This document shows, in pieces, positions 59,101 through 64,000 of a stretch of DNA of 64,000 nt. Each line of letters begins with the position of its first letter. The stretch's first letter is position 1. Origin of the DNA: Pavona decussata. Taxonomy: Eukaryota. The notes beneath the pieces were generated by a model. It did not search any database, was not told where the DNA came from, and saw nothing but the letters and a program-made list of their open reading frames with translations. The translations under genes and the position numbers were made by a program. The stretch covers positions 6,758,001 through 6,822,000 of the forward strand of contig CDRNST010000233.1 in NCBI GenBank assembly GCA_977016875.1, written 5' to 3'.

Positions 59101-59662
59101 TGCTTATGTTCTTTAATTATTATTTAGCTTGATCTATTGTATTCAAGGAACTAAATTTCTTCTCACATTTTAGAATATTTGACTACAGTATATTTATAGA
59201 TCTAACGACCACCAGAATCTCATCAGACCATAAAATGAAAAATAAGTCTACATTACCACACGCTTATATCTGAGCCACGACTCTCTTAAAATGCAAATGT
59301 AATTTTCTAGGGCGGAAGTTATTTTGTTCTAATTCCTTATATTGTATGCTGACAGGGTGTGTGAATAACATAAAATGTAAAAACAAAAATACAGCTGCTT
59401 TTAAAAAAAAAGCAAAAAAAGAAAGATTCCGGCGTTTACTCACCCAGTTAACATAGCGTACAATTTCACGCTGATATCTTTCAAATATTAAATAGATCCT
59501 AAAAAAGAAAAGAAAAAAAGTTAAAAAAATTTTGCAACTTCCTTGCATACAATTCTTCCAAAAATGGTACCATTAGCTATCTATAAGCATGAGAGTGTCC
59601 AAAATGATTATTACCGCAAATATTCTAAGAAATGTATTTTCGTTTGCAGCCACATATATAAC

Positions 59663-60739
59663 ATGGCAAGCTCGACGAACTCACCTCTTACGAAACCAGA
59701 GTCCATTGCCTTGAGTACAGCATTTGGTTTAGTCGCCCTTACCATTATAGCTGGGAATTCCGTAACGATTGCAGCTTTTACGAAGACAAGGCTTCTCCGA
59801 AAACCAACCCACTACTTTCTTATTTCTCTTGCCGTGGCTGATTTGATGGTTGGAGGTTTAGCGATGCCACTTTACATCTGCCATTTTGTAGATTCAAACC
59901 TATGGAGTGGGAGCCAAGTCATTCAGACGCTGTACTATACCATAGACGTTGCATCTGGCATGGCGTCGGTTCTTACCCTGGCAGTAGTGTCAGTTGAAAG
60001 GCTGTACGCAGTTGGTTGGCCTTGGAAATACCGTCACTCTACACCCTTGAAATGCTATATCATTGCCGTCGCTGTTACTTGGTTCTTAGCGATTGCAATA
60101 TCTTGTCTTTATTTGGGTTATCGCTTTAAGTTTATCTCCAGTGCCGTGCATATAGTAACAGTCATCGCCTTGTCAATTGCCCTATCGGTTGCCTGCTCTG
60201 CTTATAGCGCGTTATGGTTTAGAATCAAACATCGAAGGAGGCATCGTAGGGGCGTAGAAAGAGATAAAAAATTATCCATAACGTTATTTGTCATCACGGG
60301 GATCTTTATCTTGACATGGACGCCTTTCGAAGCTATAATTATAATGGTTCATTTCTGCAAAGACTGTACGTATCCTTCGAACAGAGTGGTATATGTCATC
60401 AAACTGCTTCAATATAGTAATTCGTTCGTGAACACAATTGTGTACTCATTCAGAATGCAGGAATTCCGTAAGGCAATTCTTAACTTTCTCAAAAGTGGTT
60501 CTTTGAGTCCCAAGAGGAACATCCAGGTTAGAAATGTGACCGGTGTGACTTTGACATCAATGTCCACTTTGGTAAACTCCTGTTCAGCGATGAATCTAAG
60601 CGTCATATGTAATGGAAATCAGTTACCAGGGACTACAACGGGACATAGGCGGTTGGCCAGAAGGAGAGCAGATTTGTTTCCAATGCACAGGAGAGCAAAA
60701 TATTCGCCTGGTAGAGCAAGAGTGGCAGAAAATGTTTAA
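59663..60739 (+). CDS. Class A GPCR, paralogue 5
   Basis: Motifs GN, SLAVADLMVG, SVERL, TWTPFE, NSFVNTIVY. Start set at MASSTN (59663), just after the TTTCGTTTGCAG acceptor at 59649. Confidence 0.94.
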   Translation: MASSTNSPLTKPESIALSTAFGLVALTIIAGNSVTIAAFTKTRLLRKPTHYFLISLAVADLMVGGLAMPLYICHFVDSNLWSGSQVIQTLYYTIDVASGMASVLTLAVVSVERLYAVGWPWKYRHSTPLKCYIIAVAVTWFLAIAISCLYLGYRFKFISSAVHIVTVIALSIALSVACSAYSALWFRIKHRRRHRRGVERDKKLSITLFVITGIFILTWTPFEAIIIMVHFCKDCTYPSNRVVYVIKLLQYSNSFVNTIVYSFRMQEFRKAILNFLKSGSLSPKRNIQVRNVTGVTLTSMSTLVNSCSAMNLSVICNGNQLPGTTTGHRRLARRRADLFPMHRRAKYSPGRARVAENV

Positions 60740-63700
60740 ACAGTGGATGAATCCGTAAATCACTGGGAAAAAAATTATTGCAGCCAGCATTGAAAGCTCC
60801 AAGGGAGTTTAACTGCCGCAACTGAAAGGGGAATAGCGAAATTGCCACTGAGATACCTCTTACCTCTGGCGCTAATCTATTGATCGAGCGACTTAGATTG
60901 AAGTCGCGTTGTTGTTTGTCTTTATCTGTCACGTTTTCTCCAACCAATTTCATCAATAAGAAGGTTGGCATTTGTTTCATGCCTTGAGTTTTTTAGACAG
61001 AGGTTTGTTACATTTTCCTCAGACACAACGGTAAAAAGTAAAATGTAAAAGTGACATGTTAACACTCCGTGCTGGCAGCAATTTTAACATGTTTTTTCAA
61101 TGTAAATTAAACATGGTAATGCTTGAGAAAATTAAAATAAGACCCATATGACTACACAACTATTCAGAATACGCTGAATCGACAAACTTCGTGAAAACAA
61201 TGGTGACAAAGGAAGGGGGTTGTCTGACCAAAAACTCCTAACACTTCCATGGCTCCTTCCTGGTGCAAATAGGGTTGAATAAGCAAAGACCTGTTTTGAA
61301 GTAACTTGAACTTCAACTGACTCGAACCGGCATATACAGGGATATTTTTGAGCGGTTTAAAACTATGCGGCGAAAGCAAAACTTAGCAAGTGCTCTTGGT
61401 ATCCAAAAAGAAAATTTGGCGTAACCATGCATTTTTCAGAGCTTCTATTTGGGAAAAATAACGCCATATATTGCTTTGTATTTTACTGTTTTTTTATAAT
61501 AATAATTGATGCTTAATTATCTCTTCAAAATGCCTGGTTACCCCAATTTTCTTTTTAGATTTCAATAGCCCTTGCTAAGATCTACTTTCCCCCAATAGTC
61601 ATAAACCACTCAAAAAATAAATAAATTCTTTATTGGTAGGCACCGTCCTTAAGGTGATGTTGTACGGGACGATTTTGAACGCAGCAATTTGTTGCCTTAA
61701 AAATTGTTACCGTGTTATTATAACACCGTGCAGACAACTGTTAACGAAGCAATTACGTTGCATCAACAAACTGGAAGTGTTCAGTACCTGTCAGACCACG
61801 CAACGCGTTGCCGGAACAAAATTTTGCGTTAAAAGTTGTCTGGGTTCTATTTTGCCTTAAAAATCGTTGTTAAAAGTTGTCTCGTTTGACATTACCTTAT
61901 AGAATTGTTGATAATCAAGGATCTACTTTACAGTTGATGGCAACAGTTGCAAAAGAGTTGATTTGTCCCCTGGAAATCTTTTCTACGCGTGTAGGTTTGA
62001 AAGTAAATCCTGGAATACTTTATATCACCTCAAAGCTTATAAAATGCATATGAAGAATTTGAAATAGCACTTGAAAACTTTCTGTGTTTTTATAGAAAAC
62101 GAAACTACATACAAAGAACTAGCTGCAAGCTCGAAAACCTTTCGGTTATCTAGTTGCTAGGCATTTCCTTACCTAGAAAATATATTTAGTGTAAAATATG
62201 ACAAAATCTGTATGTAAAAATTTCTAAATATACAACAAATGCAATATAATTTATAAATGTTGGAAATGTGAATAAACTATGTATGCATGAATATGTATGT
62301 ACGGGTAAGTCCCAGTTCGAACGCAGAATTGACAGCGTTACGTTTGCCAAAGTGAATTACGAGCTAGTCAGTCGGCCCTCGGTACAAGCAGCTCACGACC
62401 ACGAATGGCTTTGATTGAACGAAACAGAGGCACTCATTTAAGCAAAAGACTAAAAATTAATGCCCCCTGTGTTATCAGATTGTTCGGAATCCTTTGACAT
62501 ATTCGTGCAAGCTAACACTTTTTGATCTGTTCGGTGCTTTAGATGAAAACTGAATTTAAGTTGCAGAAACTGTTAGAGAACGAAATTTTATTCCCGGAAT
62601 TTACTATAGCTAGCTGTTAGTGGTTTTACGGAAATACTACTGACCCTTTTTCATATTGTGAACGACATATTTGCCCATTCGAAAACGAAAATTTCCACTG
62701 TTTCGAAATTTTGAACTTATATTTTGCCGAAGAAAACTCAGCTAGATTTTCATTGCTACCGAATCCGAATTTCTGAGGCGATTGGCCCTCCGAATACACG
62801 TCCACCGGAATAAACCGTTCAGTGGGTGCTCCTGAGGAAACGATCAGCGCTTGAACAACACACCGTAAAACGCATAACTGCTTGAAAGTATCGCACCTCG
62901 TTGCTCGTGTTTGAACTAAAGACAACGAAAACATGAAAGGTAGACAGTCAATAATGACGCTGTTAATTACGGTTCTCACGTGCGGTCACGTGAGGTTTTA
63001 GTTAGTGCAAGCGAATAAAGCAAGAGTTGTTGATTTACTAAAACTTATTTCCGACGTTCAACAAATTGTCTTCGTTTACATTGGTCTTCAGTTGAAAAAT
63101 TGTTTTTAATGTTATGATCACCATAGAGTCTGCCGCGTGACATTAGTATTGCTCAAATAGACCAGTACACATCAACCACAATTCAATATCAGTTTTTTAT
63201 ATTTTCTTAAAGAGTTGGCTGTGACATCAATATTGCCCAACTAGACCAATACGTAGCAATCTCTATTCAAGTGACAGAAACCTCGGTGATAAACTGAGAT
63301 ACTACAACAGCAATTTATTGTAGTTCAAGCAAGATGAGAAAGGTTTATTCAAAAGGGTGTATCAGATATGGTTTTTAAGAGAAAGCAACTGCTACGACGT
63401 CCAGTTTAGTCGTAAAAGGAAGCTCACAAGATTTAGCTTTGCTCAGCGCCACAATACCCAACTTCCTATAAACGTAACACACTTTATGTTTACCATGATA
63501 ATGGTACATTTTCAGCAGCTGGCGTAAACAGCATTAAACAGCAATTAACTATTTGGTGATGGGTCGCCTGAAAAAAAACCCATGGAGTTACAGTACACTG
63601 AAATACTCATTAAATTTAGTACTTCTGAAAACGAATTTTTCAAATAAACTAACAATAAACATCACCTGCTTTTCATTTTACAAATCACGTTATTTTCCTG

Positions 63701-64000
63701 CAAAGAAACATGAAATGAAAATAATATATATAAAAAATTATCTAAACAAATCAATGACAGTGTTAATTCGCCGCGTTTAAAATGAAAGTTTAAGGAACCG
63801 ATCAGCATTGAACTTGAGCTCATGTCATCGGATTTTTTTCTCATACAATCGTTATTTCACGAATCATGAGGCCCGCATCGAAGTTGTACAGGGCACATAA
63901 TATCATTGATGAGGCGTTGGTAAAATTATAATCTTTATACGGTCCAGTATTTGTTTGATTAAAAACAAAAAGGCCGAGAGATATTAGCTCTTGTAATGGG

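Noticed and set aside
48575-59548. Numerous 60-120 aa ORFs between GPCR4 and GPCR5, and similar ones elsewhere
   Set aside because: Low-complexity F/K-rich translations of AT-rich non-coding DNA, or antisense shadows of real genes, with no recognisable motifs.
59543-59662. N-terminal extensions of the GPCR5, GPCR3 and GPCR1 ORFs in the ORF track
   Set aside because: They run through apparent splice acceptors (GPCR5 also begins at a non-ATG codon) and are not shared among paralogues.

Overview
AT-rich, intron-containing eukaryotic DNA. The repeat families and receptor type suggest an anthozoan cnidarian such as a stony coral (inference). The host content is a tandem cluster of five class A (rhodopsin-like) GPCR genes with uninterrupted coding regions: 6538-7533(-), 17202-18149(-), 21912-22826(-), 47373-48458(-) and 59663-60739(+). 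There are also non-coding traces of further duplicated units. The main finding is a candidate ~15.8 kb DNA transposon (about 27437-43194) inside this cluster, which the ORF track shows only as fragments. Splicing 14 GT-AG exons with consistent phases gives an open ~1350 aa protein. It has a RAG1/Transib-like DDE and zinc-binding core fused to a C-terminal Ulp1 (C48, SUMO-protease-type) domain. The element also carries a ~129-bp x ~11 tandem array, a convergent 2-exon C2H2 zinc-finger gene, and an intronless non-RD protein kinase transcribed divergently from the zinc-finger gene across a 179-bp gap. Both putative ends hold an inverted pair of CCCGCTG motifs. Other mobile DNA: the 3' end of an EnSpm/CACTA-like element (1-3430), a Penelope 3' end with a minimal hammerhead ribozyme, a decayed Academ-like transposase split by a LINE tail, an intact Crypton tyrosine-recombinase element nested in a TA-flanked MITE, and several MITEs and tRNA-derived repeats. 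All homology calls come from reading motifs by eye; no database searches were run.
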